Assembly (NCBI RefSeq): GCF_018398935.1
Contig: NZ_CP074694.1
Location: 1,920,001-1,952,000 of the forward strand
Length of the DNA stretch: 32,000 nucleotides
Source: Telmatocola sphagniphila
Lineage (GTDB): Bacteria; Planctomycetota; Planctomycetia; Gemmatales; Gemmataceae
Direction of reading: 5' to 3'
Below the pieces are notes generated by a model. That model did no database searches. It was not told the DNA's origin and saw nothing but the letters and a program-made list of their open reading frames with translations. The position numbers and the translations under genes were made by a program. Each line of letters starts with the position of its first letter. The first letter of the stretch is position 1. Shown here one piece after another: positions 20,357 through 29,317 of the stretch.

Positions 20357-21468
20357 GTAGACAAACTCTGAAGTGCTTTATATAACTTGTTCATTTGATT
20401 CGACGCGTCGCACAAATGCGTTGCTCTAACGGCGCCGGCTTCGCTCATTTTTTTTCGCAATTCGCGGTCGGTGATTAGTCTCTTCATCGCTTTTCCTACC
20501 GCTTCCGTATCCCCTTGTTTGCAGGAGATACTGCAGTCGCAGCTAAAAATTTCGGCAGCTCCCCCTGACGACGATCCAATCACCGGTAGTCCTGCGAGTA
20601 GCGCTTCGATATACACGAGTCCAAACGGTTCAGGACTAGTGTTTGGCTGGCAGTAGATATCTGCGGCAGCCATAAGCGAGGGGACATCGGATCTCTGCCC
20701 AAGAAAATGCACGCGCTCACTAATACCATATCGAGTCGCCAGATCGCGCAATTCCTTCATATAGTCCGATTCATTTGATTTCTGCACACCACCTGCAATC
20801 CAAGCCCGCCAACCAGGAAGATCTTTCAATTGCCCAAGCGCTTCTATAGTGACAGAATGTCCCTTCCAACGCTCTAACCTGCAAGCCTGAAGAATTACAA
20901 CAGAATCCTGTGGGGTGTCTAGGCCGCTCCGAATAGTTCGCCGTAAGCTATCACCATCTTTATTCCGAGGAGGCTTGTTCACGGGAAGGTATATAACCCT
21001 GCTTTGTCTACCCCCGAATAATTTCGCTGCAGGTTCCTCCGTAAATTTGCTATTCGCAATGATAAGATCAGGTGATGTTCGCGAAGCCCAGCGATTGATA
21101 AAGCCCTTTCGATCTAATCGGTCATGGACTCCTGCTACGAGCTTAATTCCAGTCGATTTTACCACAGGTGCAAAGACCACATAGGGCCAAGCTCCATGAA
21201 TCATAATCACATCAAACTTTGATTTTACGAGAAGCCGCTTTAGGAGAGTTCGTGCTCTGAAGATCGTCAAGAACCGACTTAGTCGCACGGCCTCCATGTG
21301 GTGGACCACAACACCGGTAGCATGAAGCTCATCCCAGAGTCTTCCGTGAAAGCATAAGGCGAATTCAGGTTCCATAGTTGGTACTAAATTCCGCATTCTA
21401 GCTAGAGTTAATAGGTAAGCCTCAATTCCCCCGTATAAATTACCCGAATAAACGTGCAAGACTCTCAT
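20353..21468 (-). CDS. Glycosyltransferase, GT4 family
   Basis: The ORF runs to a TTG at 21522, but the ATG at 21468 gives the canonical GT4 N-terminus MRVLHVYSGNLYGGIE. The C-terminus contains SPEPFGLVYIEALLAGLPVIGSSSGGAAEIF. Confidence 0.85.
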   Translation of the reverse strand: MRVLHVYSGNLYGGIEAYLLTLARMRNLVPTMEPEFALCFHGRLWDELHATGVVVHHMEAVRLSRFLTIFRARTLLKRLLVKSKFDVIMIHGAWPYVVFAPVVKSTGIKLVAGVHDRLDRKGFINRWASRTSPDLIIANSKFTEEPAAKLFGGRQSRVIYLPVNKPPRNKDGDSLRRTIRSGLDTPQDSVVILQACRLERWKGHSVTIEALGQLKDLPGWRAWIAGGVQKSNESDYMKELRDLATRYGISERVHFLGQRSDVPSLMAAADIYCQPNTSPEPFGLVYIEALLAGLPVIGSSSGGAAEIFSCDCSISCKQGDTEAVGKAMKRLITDRELRKKMSEAGAVRATHLCDASNQMNKLYKALQSLST

Positions 21469-21536
21469 TTTAAAGACTGTGCAGTTCCGATCGATGAGAA
21501 GTGAATAATCTCGCAATCTCAAAGTGCTTCGTCAAA

Positions 21537-22844
21537 TTACGATTCTGAGGTTAGCTTTATTATCTGCGAATACACATCCAAACTACGCTGCGCCATCTTT
21601 GAATAGCAAAATTCTTCTGTAGCCCGGTTGTAGCCTTCATCAGATAGCTTCTTATACAACTCGTCGTCCATCGCTAAGCGGTTTGCAGCATTGGCAAAGG
21701 CCAGATGATTATTCACAGGAACTGTGATTCCCGAAACTTCATCCGGTGAGACCCAGCTCACTCCACTCGCGGGAATTGCAGTGTTTATTACCGGACACCG
21801 GCTAGCCATGGCTTCGACTTGGACTAGTCCAAATGCTTCACTTCGTGCATTGCTTGGAAACCACAAAGCTCGAGCAGCTTGATAGGCACCGACCAATTGA
21901 TCTCCCGAAGCCCAACCCAGCCAATGCACGCGATTTTTTACGCCGCATTTCTCAGCAAGAATTTCTAATTCTTGCTTCATGGGGCCAGTTCCAATTAGTA
22001 GGAGATTTCCAGGAACATCCGCCAAGGCGCGGATTGCTATGTCAAAACCCTTGTAATAAATGAGCCGTCCGACACACAGCCAAATCGGCCCAGGATATTT
22101 GGTTCGAAACGCTTCGGCACAGGCCATGGCATTTGGAGAAGGGTTCTTAAATTGATCTAAGTTGATTCCCAAAGGCAAAGAAACCACTTTCTTTTCGAAT
22201 CGCTGAAGCAGCTTAGAGCCCTCAATATATTGAGAACTAGTCGCAAGGATGCAATCCGCTCTACTGTATATCATCCTCTCTAAAGGCGAAAGGATGTGCT
22301 TAAGAACTCTTTGTCGAATAATGTCGCTGTGATGAGTGATCACAATTGGCTTCACAATCGGTAACGACGCGACGGCGAGCATCATCGTCACATTCGGAGT
22401 ATGCAAGTGCCAGATATCTGGCGGATCTTTCGAGATGATTCGAATTGCATTAATTAGCCCCGGAGCCAAATCCAGCTTGGCAAGGCAGGCGACTCGACCG
22501 ATTCGCATCACTCGGACGTTTTCATCGCACTCATTCACAGTGAGAGTGCGACGAAATTTTCTGAAAGTAACGTCTTTGCCCTTATCGTCGCGATGATTGA
22601 CTACCACGACTCGAACATCCGCCCCCAAGGCGGCCTGCCCTTGCACCAAAGTCTGCGTGTGAGTTTCAATCCCCCCCGAGGCGGGCGGATAATATTTACC
22701 TAGATGGGCGACCTTGATCGGGCGATTCGACAATGAGGCCGATCCATTTCGAGTCTCGGTCAAATTCAGAACTTCAGATGGGATTAAACTATTAATCGTA
22801 GCGAACTCAAGAAAGCGGTGAATTGTCGAGAGCAACATATCCAC
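21537..22844 (-). CDS. Glycosyltransferase, GT4 family (first gene of the minus-strand array)
   Basis: 435 aa. Contains IKVAHLGKYYPPASGGIETH and RSEAFGLVQVEAMASRCPVINT. Start is GTG at 22844 or ATG at 22838. About 45 residues precede the GT domain. Confidence 0.85.
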   Translation of the reverse strand: MDMLLSTIHRFLEFATINSLIPSEVLNLTETRNGSASLSNRPIKVAHLGKYYPPASGGIETHTQTLVQGQAALGADVRVVVVNHRDDKGKDVTFRKFRRTLTVNECDENVRVMRIGRVACLAKLDLAPGLINAIRIISKDPPDIWHLHTPNVTMMLAVASLPIVKPIVITHHSDIIRQRVLKHILSPLERMIYSRADCILATSSQYIEGSKLLQRFEKKVVSLPLGINLDQFKNPSPNAMACAEAFRTKYPGPIWLCVGRLIYYKGFDIAIRALADVPGNLLLIGTGPMKQELEILAEKCGVKNRVHWLGWASGDQLVGAYQAARALWFPSNARSEAFGLVQVEAMASRCPVINTAIPASGVSWVSPDEVSGITVPVNNHLAFANAANRLAMDDELYKKLSDEGYNRATEEFCYSKMAQRSLDVYSQIIKLTSES

Positions 22845-23961
22845 TCATCGACAGAATTTGTGTTTTAAAAAATGCGAAGAGCCCATTCTGGACTACTGAT
22901 TGCTTTCAGGTGCACGAACCAACTCAAAGTAAATAGACTCCGTCCCTTTGGGATGCGATCGCGCATCCTTCCAGTGTGAAATCATGAACAAATCCAAAAA
23001 ATAAAAACAACTAACCGCTTCGCAGTTCTACAGAAAAACCAAGATCGAATTTACATATTAATTAGTCGCAAGACATCCAATCCCGTCCCTAAAAACTGAG
23101 AAAACCTCTCAACACTTTATAACCAACCCGCGCGATTCGCTAACAGGCCGTTACAACTTCAGTCAACTGATGAGTTTCTGATTGTGTTTCAGGGCGTTTT
23201 GAAGCTTGAGGAGAGAAAAGCCAAGTGGAAATACATCCGTGTCCGATATTTGAATGTTCGTTGTCATTGCACTACCCAAATCGGAATGATCAGACCTTCG
23301 CACGGAGGTAAGACTCCTTCAACATAAACTAGAAGGTAGGAAATACACATCGTTAAACCATATTTAACTTATTATCGTCGTCGAAAACTGCGAATGCAAG
23401 CCAAATTAGGTAAAATTGAACGATTCTCTGCTGTCAGCTTTATTCGATTTAGGAATAAGTTCGAATGATTTACTGTCATATTTAAAAGCAACTTATAATA
23501 TTCGTTTAATCATGAGTATCTGGTGGATGGCTATAGAAAAACCCAAGGATTTAATGAGAAAATGATGAGAGAACTTGTCTGGGGGGTACAAAGCAAAAGT
23601 GATAATTATTTTGCTGACCTATTAGATATAACTATTATTCTCATATTAGCATATCATTCAGAACTTGCGTCAGTTCCTTGGATACTGTGGCCACTCCAAC
23701 TATGGTATCTGAATTGAAGGAGGAATTAATATCATAAATTTTAATTCATTTTACTTGAGCTTTTTAACCTACAAAAGCCTTGTAGTTTGCTCGCTCATTC
23801 GACAGCCTGTGGCATTCAAGCGGTTTTAGAAGAGCGAATGTTAGAAGACTTCTCATAAAACCAGGTCAGTTTGATTGGTTAGCCAAATAAGTAATTCCTG
23901 TGAGCATCGTAAGGAACCGAAAGAACCAGGAAAAACCGTCCGGATTCAAGCTGGGCAATGA

Positions 23962-23994
23962 GAAGAGGCAGCTAACTGGCCCTGCTGCCTCTTC
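23962..23994 (-). terminator. Stem-loop immediately downstream of ahcY (terminator-like, no clear U-tract)
   Basis: GAAGAGGCAGC (23962-23972) is perfectly complementary to GCTGCCTCTTC (23984-23994), with an 11-nt loop. It begins 9 nt after the ahcY stop. On the transcript it is followed by UCAUUGCCC, so it lacks the U-run of a canonical intrinsic terminator. Confidence 0.4.
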
Positions 23995-24003
23995 AATAAT
24001 CTC

Positions 24004-25425
24004 TTAGTATCGGTAGTGATCCGACTTGTAGGGCCCTTCTTTCGAAACGTGGATGTACGCGGCCTGTTCCGGAGTCAATTCGGTCAAAACGACGCTTAAC
24101 TTCTTCAACTGCAGCCGGGCCACGTGCTCGTCCAACTTCTTGGGAAGAACGTAAACACCCACGGGATATTTATCATTATGGCGCCAGAGTTCGATCTGGG
24201 CTAGCACTTGATTGGCGAAGGAGGAACTCATCACATAGGAAGGGTGGCCCGTACCACAGCCCAGGTTGACCAGACGGCCTTTGGCCAGCAGAATGATCCG
24301 CTTTTTATCAGGGAAAATGATGTGATCGACTTGGGGCTTGATCTCTTCCCAGCGATAATCTTCCAACGAAGCAACATCTATCTCATTGTCAAAATGTCCA
24401 ATGTTACAAACAATAGCCTGATCCTTCATTTTGGCCATATGAGCATGCGTGATCACCTTGTAATTGCCGGTCGCCGTCACGAAGATGTCCGCTTTATCAC
24501 ACGCATAGTCCATGGTCACCACGCGATAGCCTTCCATCGCGGCCTGTAGCGCGCAAATGGGATCGATTTCGGTGATCCAGACCTGAGCCGAGAGGGCTCG
24601 CAAGGCTTGAGCGGATCCTTTGCCCACATCGCCATAACCAGCGACGACCGCAATTTTCCCGGCAATCATGACGTCCGTGGCGCGTTTGATGCCATCGACC
24701 AAGGACTCCCGGCAACCGTACAAATTGTCAAATTTGGACTTGGTAACCGAGTCATTCACGTTAATTGCAGGGAATTTTAACTCGCCCCGCTTGTGCATCT
24801 GATAGAGCCGATGTACTCCCGTGGTAGTCTCTTCGGTAACTCCCTTGATGGCAGCCAGATTCTTGCTATACCAGCCCGGCTGGGAGGCGATCCGAGCCTT
24901 AATAGCAGCAAACAGAACTCGCTCTTCTTCGCTGGTCGGCTTATCCAGGACGTGAATGTCGGCTTCGGCCCGAGCTCCCAGGTGCAGAAGCAACGTCGCG
25001 TCGCCGCCATCGTCGAGGATCATGTTGGAGTGGCCACCATCCGCCCATTCAAAGATCTTGTGGGTGTATTCCCAATATTCGGTGAGCGATTCGCCCTTGT
25101 AGGCAAAAACGGGAATTCCTGCCGCGGCAATCGCTGCGGCCGCATGATCCTGCGTGGAAAAGATGTTGCAGGACGCCCAGCGAACTTCGGCCCCTAAAGC
25201 TTTCAAGGTCTCAATGAGCACAGCCGTCTGGATGGTCATGTGCAAAGAGCCGGTGATTCGAGCCCCTTTCAGAGGCTGTCGCGAGGCATATTCCTCTTGA
25301 ATCGCCATCAAACCGGGCATCTCAGTTTGAGCAATGGCAATTTCCCGTCGGCCCCAATCGGCCAGGGAAAGATCGGCTACTTTGTAGTCTGTGAAAGAAG
25401 CGGTTTTTTGTGCAACGGCAGACAT
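24004..25425 (-). CDS. ahcY: Adenosylhomocysteinase (S-adenosyl-L-homocysteine hydrolase)
   Basis: Unmistakable SAHH sequence: [28 protein letters not shown], the NAD-binding [32 protein letters not shown], and the C-terminal YKSDHYRY. The ATG at 25425 is preceded by AGGAG (25437-25433) with a 7-nt spacer. The extra 61 codons in the 534-aa ORF call overlie the riboswitch-like leader. Confidence 0.96.
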   Translation of the reverse strand: MSAVAQKTASFTDYKVADLSLADWGRREIAIAQTEMPGLMAIQEEYASRQPLKGARITGSLHMTIQTAVLIETLKALGAEVRWASCNIFSTQDHAAAAIAAAGIPVFAYKGESLTEYWEYTHKIFEWADGGHSNMILDDGGDATLLLHLGARAEADIHVLDKPTSEEERVLFAAIKARIASQPGWYSKNLAAIKGVTEETTTGVHRLYQMHKRGELKFPAINVNDSVTKSKFDNLYGCRESLVDGIKRATDVMIAGKIAVVAGYGDVGKGSAQALRALSAQVWITEIDPICALQAAMEGYRVVTMDYACDKADIFVTATGNYKVITHAHMAKMKDQAIVCNIGHFDNEIDVASLEDYRWEEIKPQVDHIIFPDKKRIILLAKGRLVNLGCGTGHPSYVMSSSFANQVLAQIELWRHNDKYPVGVYVLPKKLDEHVARLQLKKLSVVLTELTPEQAAYIHVSKEGPYKSDHYRY

Positions 25426-25443
25426 TCGCAATCTCCTGAAACT

Positions 25444-25527
25444 CAAGGCGCCGTTGAACAATAATCTCCATCCCAGCGAGCCTGGCAGGAACGCCCGTGC
25501 GTACCGTCGCAGCGCCTCTCGCTGGCG
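25444..25527 (-). promoter_or_regulatory. SAH (S-adenosylhomocysteine) riboswitch-like aptamer in the ahcY 5' leader
   Basis: On the minus strand the P1 helix (CCAGCGAG, 25525-25518, with CUCGCUGG, 25480-25473) is 8 perfect bp. The pseudoknot (AGGCGC, 25517-25512, with GCGCCU, 25451-25446) is 6 perfect bp. The blocks GCGCUGCGAC, GCCAGGCUCG and CAACGGCGC match my recollection of the Rfam RF01057 consensus. It lies directly upstream of ahcY, the class's most typical gene context. Confidence 0.75.
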
Positions 25528-26052
25528 TGGTTTGATCAAGTTGAGTTGAGAAATCTCTCCTGGAAGATCGGATCCTTCTGTAATATTATACCTAGTAATC
25601 TTACCCAAGGAGAGTCAAGAGGTCCCTTGGCCACAGTACAGGCAATATCGCTATAAATTGGAACTTATGAATCAAGCGTTGAGGGCCATTCCACTTGCAA
25701 TATTGGCAAATATGTCATCTTATCCGATTTTAGAGTGCACTGACTCTCTCGGAATCGGATTTTGCCACCTGCAGTTTGAATGACGGAACTCTAGATAAAG
25801 AACTTTCTCATACTTAAAGAAAAAGAAGACCAAAATGGAAGGCTTAAGTTACGAAACGACCAAGCAAGTGTGGAGTCGACAACTCGCGTCAAGCCACTAC
25901 TTTTTAGATCTAAATTTTCACTAATTTATCGTCGCAAAAAGGTCCAGCGAGGAGTTATCGAAGAACAAACCCCATTTTGCAGTGAGCGTTTTACTATATC
26001 AAATGTTACTATATACGATCAGATTCATGACTGCCATAAACAGGTATTTCTG

Positions 26053-27129
26053 ATGAAGAAGGACGACGACGACCCAGCCCCCTCAAAAGAGAAACATTTT
26101 CCCGGCCTAGATGGGATTCGAGGACTGGCAATTGGACTGGTACTGTTTTCCCATAGCGTCATATATGACCAGTTCACCGGACTCCGATCTTATGGACTAC
26201 TCTCCGGACATTCAGGGGTTTCAATTTTTTTCGTACTGAGCGGTTATCTTATTACAATGCTTATGCTTCTCGAAGAAGGAAAAACCGGCCGCGTCTCCTT
26301 GCGATTGTTTTACATACGAAGATCTTTAAGGCTATTTCCTGCCTTGTGGATTTATCTTGGCACAATCTGCATAATATGGATTGGTGGAGCGCTCCCGCAT
26401 CACCCCTGGCACAGCTTTATTTCCTCACTTTTCTATTTTCGCAACTTGGTCGGTCAAGGGCATGAGACGGCACATCTTTGGTCCTTATCGATTGAGGAGC
26501 AATTTTACGTATTTTGGCCATTACTTTTCATACTACTTAAACGTCGCAACAAAACTCGGCTAATCATTGTCTGTGGGCTAATTTTATTGATAACGTTATG
26601 GAGAGTTTACGCTGCAACAGCTGGACTTGCATCCGATGGGGCGCTTTACATCCGCTCCGATTTCAGATTTGACTCGCCGCTTTATGGCTGTATGCTTGCC
26701 ATGGCCCAAAGAGTATGGCCAATCAGCTTCAATGCTCTCATAAGCAGCAACAGAACCAGGAGTATTTTGGAGGCAACCGGTTTGCTCGGGCTTACTCTAT
26801 GGATCGGATTTAAATTAGCAAGCTTCACCTATCCTGGACTCGACACGTCGATTGTTAGCATACTAAGCCTCCTTCTTGTACTATCTCAGCTAAAATCGAG
26901 TGAAGCATTTAGTTTGTTATCACTAAATTCGCTAGTGTGCATGGGAAAAATATCATATGGGCTCTATCTTTGGCAGCAACTTTTTAACGGCACGTTAACA
27001 GGCGGTTTTGAGAATATCAGAATATTTCCTTTTGGATTAATAGCAACTTTTTTTGTCGCAGCGCTTTCATACTGGCTCTTAGAGAAGCCAATCCTTGGAC
27101 TGAAGGATCGACTGTATCACAAAAATTGA
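26053..27129 (+). CDS. Acyltransferase family 3
   Basis: ATG at 26053 gives MKKDDDDPAPSKEKHFPGLDGIRGLAIGLVLFSH (family N-terminal motif), followed by a polytopic body. The ORF call from the GTG at 25870 adds 61 low-plausibility residues. Confidence 0.82.
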   Translation: MKKDDDDPAPSKEKHFPGLDGIRGLAIGLVLFSHSVIYDQFTGLRSYGLLSGHSGVSIFFVLSGYLITMLMLLEEGKTGRVSLRLFYIRRSLRLFPALWIYLGTICIIWIGGALPHHPWHSFISSLFYFRNLVGQGHETAHLWSLSIEEQFYVFWPLLFILLKRRNKTRLIIVCGLILLITLWRVYAATAGLASDGALYIRSDFRFDSPLYGCMLAMAQRVWPISFNALISSNRTRSILEATGLLGLTLWIGFKLASFTYPGLDTSIVSILSLLLVLSQLKSSEAFSLLSLNSLVCMGKISYGLYLWQQLFNGTLTGGFENIRIFPFGLIATFFVAALSYWLLEKPILGLKDRLYHKN

Positions 27130-27290
27130 AACCTCGCATCCGAAAGATTTAGAAATCAGATCTTTTTAAGTGACTAGCAATATTGCTGGATTTTATATGA
27201 CAGTTGTACTCCGAATCGCTTCGCGAGAGACCACTCCAAAACCTCGGTAGAGTCATATAGATAAATCGGAGGTGGGCCAATCCGAGGTCT

Positions 27291-27708
27291 ATGCATGAGT
27301 GTACTAATTCCAATGGACACCGAGGGTTCGATCGCGATAAGTCCGAGAATTTTTTCATTCGATTCGCCAGCGATAGGCGTAGCCAGCAAGCAGAGATCGT
27401 CATATCGCGATCGTTTTACTTGATTCCTTCAACGGAGAATAATCGGTTCGAAACCAGTTTCGATCATCTCTCCTCGCAGGATATCCGAATCGAGGCCTAT
27501 ACCCGAGATCAGAAAAATCCCTAAGTGCACTTTGATCGGAATGTCCATCTGCGTCGAAATCGGCGTGCAAACGCAGAGCGTGTTGATGAGCGTCTACAAG
27601 ACTCTGAAACTGCGAGGCCAAGCTCCGCTCGATACGTCACTCAAATCACTTAATGCCCTTAACGAAATTGGCAAACTGACACAGCTGTTGGAAAAGATGG
27701 GTTCATAA
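27291..27708 (+). pseudogene. Degenerate 3' remnant of an IS66-family transposase gene (frame-broken)
   Basis: Frame 1 (27442-27708) ends ...RPIPEIRKIPKCTLIGMSICVEIGVQTQSVLMSVYKTLKLRGQAPLDTSLKSLNALNEIGKLTQLLEKMGS*, which resembles the IS66 transposase C-terminus (..RK....G...Q.VLMS...T.K.RG..P). Frame 3 just upstream carries IPSTENNRFE, resembling the P.TNN.AER block. The two blocks are in different frames with about 30 nt of junk between them. No N-terminal two-thirds of the gene is present. Confidence 0.5.
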
Positions 27709-27754
27709 GACTGAACTGTTACAAGGCATTTAGCTCATAGAATCAAAGGAATAT

Positions 27755-28777
27755 ATGACGCCTTCAGATAACACTCAAAATAGGACCGACAACTTAAAAC
27801 GAGAACCGCGAAGTGATTTACTTAAAGCCGCAGCAATTTACGGGGTAGTTGCGATTCACACCCCTGGACCAGAAGATGATCTAACCTCCTGCTTCCGATT
27901 TTGCGTTCCAGTATTTATTATACTTTGGGCAATGCATTATGAGCTTGGCCTAAGTAAACGCTCGCCCGTACAAGCCCGACGATATGTTATGAACCGTCTA
28001 ATCAGTCTTGCTTTTCCTTATTCAATCTGGACCGCCATCTATTTGTTTTTATTTCATACAAGGGAACAGTGGTTAAACACGCCGTATACTACTATTGCAA
28101 ATGGCTGGCTAGGGGGATACGGATGGCCAGGGCAATATTACTTTGTTGTACTTTTTCAACTGACAGTCATCTTTCCTTTTTTTCGAGGAATTTTCCAAAG
28201 TCGACTTCTTTATCCAATACTAATATTAGGGCTGATTGTAACTTTAATCTCGGAAGCTTTTCTATGGAAATTCCACTTTGTATCCGGAATGGGAGACAGA
28301 TTATTTGTTTATTGGATACCCTATCTTGCTCTTGGAATAACATTGTCGCGCCCCCCTATCCCGTCGCTCTTACCGAATTTTCTCATGGTAATAATCTCAA
28401 TCATTGCACTGTCAGTTTGCAAATATGAGCAAGCTTGGTTAGCTTCTCAATCCGATCGAGCCTCTCCATATATACTAGTATCTGTTTATGTTGGATCAAT
28501 ATTCCTTGCTTGGGCATCATTTTTTCGATCTAGGCAAACAGAATTGTTTACCACTAAGGTTGTTACTGCAATAGAATTCGTAGGTCGAAATACATTTCCA
28601 ATTTTCTTACTTAATCCACTCGTTATTTATCTCCTTCCCCCTGAAATTGCCGCACCGATCCACAATAATTCGGGCATTGCTAAGCATTACATTCTGGCGA
28701 TGCTCGTACTAATAATTTGTTTATGTTTGGCTCGAGTGCTTAGGTGGCTTAGAATGGGCTCATTTATTGGAACCTAA
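27755..28777 (+). CDS. Acyltransferase family protein (Acyl_transf_3-like, divergent)
   Basis: 340-aa polytopic ORF with the N-terminal LLKAAAIYGVVAIHT motif. ATG at 27755 is preceded by AAAGGA. Confidence 0.65.
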   Translation: MTPSDNTQNRTDNLKREPRSDLLKAAAIYGVVAIHTPGPEDDLTSCFRFCVPVFIILWAMHYELGLSKRSPVQARRYVMNRLISLAFPYSIWTAIYLFLFHTREQWLNTPYTTIANGWLGGYGWPGQYYFVVLFQLTVIFPFFRGIFQSRLLYPILILGLIVTLISEAFLWKFHFVSGMGDRLFVYWIPYLALGITLSRPPIPSLLPNFLMVIISIIALSVCKYEQAWLASQSDRASPYILVSVYVGSIFLAWASFFRSRQTELFTTKVVTAIEFVGRNTFPIFLLNPLVIYLLPPEIAAPIHNNSGIAKHYILAMLVLIICLCLARVLRWLRMGSFIGT

Positions 28778-29317
28778 TAATTCCGGCAGTTACTGAATTG
28801 CCTCACTGACCGCTCCGAATTATTTTATGGGACGCAACATCGAAACTGAAAGTTGAATGGTGTAGATAGTTAGTTGGCGGTTTTCAAATGTCCGAACAAT
28901 TCTACTTTTAGTCAATGGCTCAGCATGTGTTCGAAGCGTAGCATAAAAACGAGCAATATCAACTTAGGCTTACTCCTTGTCATTTGGATAAATTCGTTCC
29001 CGAAATTGCAAATTTTTTTTAGATTTTCGCGTCTTTTGAATTATTTGCAGCGAATTTTTGCAATCTGAGAGGGAGTAACCGTGATTATCGATTATAAAGC
29101 TCTCTTTCAAAGGGATTAGCTCAATAATATCTTTTTAAATTCTCGCTTCTCGGCGGGGCATTTAAATTTCTTAGCTGGTTTTACGAAAAGAGCGGGATTT
29201 CAATTAGGTTATTTCGCCATATTCTATCTGAGGAGCTTACAGCACTTGCCATAGTACTTCTCAGAATCGATCACTCTCGTTTCCTTTCCATTTTCTCTTC
29301 TCAGTTTGCAAAACTGT

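Noticed and set aside
22955-22962. GCGATCGC (HIP1-like palindrome), also present at 6583-6590
   Set aside because: I noticed only two copies in 32 kb, which is not an over-representation I can defend. The one at 22955 is better described as part of a local hairpin.
22845-23100. Repeated AGGGACGG 8-mer (two copies, minus strand) upstream of the operon, considered as a regulator-binding site
   Set aside because: Repeated 8-mers are expected by chance in a 1.1-kb tract, and there is no dyad symmetry or meaningful spacing.
23167-23174. CUGAUGAG motif (hammerhead ribozyme core) on the plus strand
   Set aside because: No convincing stem II, no properly placed GAAA box and no stem I/III partners. 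A single 8-mer match is expected by chance in 64 kb of two-strand sequence.
23523-23717. 64-aa plus-strand ORF in the 1.16-kb gap, and the strong AGGAGG at 23719-23724 that follows it
   Set aside because: The ORF starts at GTG without an SD sequence and has no motif. The AGGAGG is not followed by an ATG, GTG or TTG at usable spacing.
25426-25608. N-terminal 61-codon extension of ahcY in the 534-aa ORF call
   Set aside because: The extension has no SAHH homology and overlies the riboswitch-like structure. The internal ATG at 25425 has a well-spaced AGGAG and gives the canonical SAHH N-terminus.
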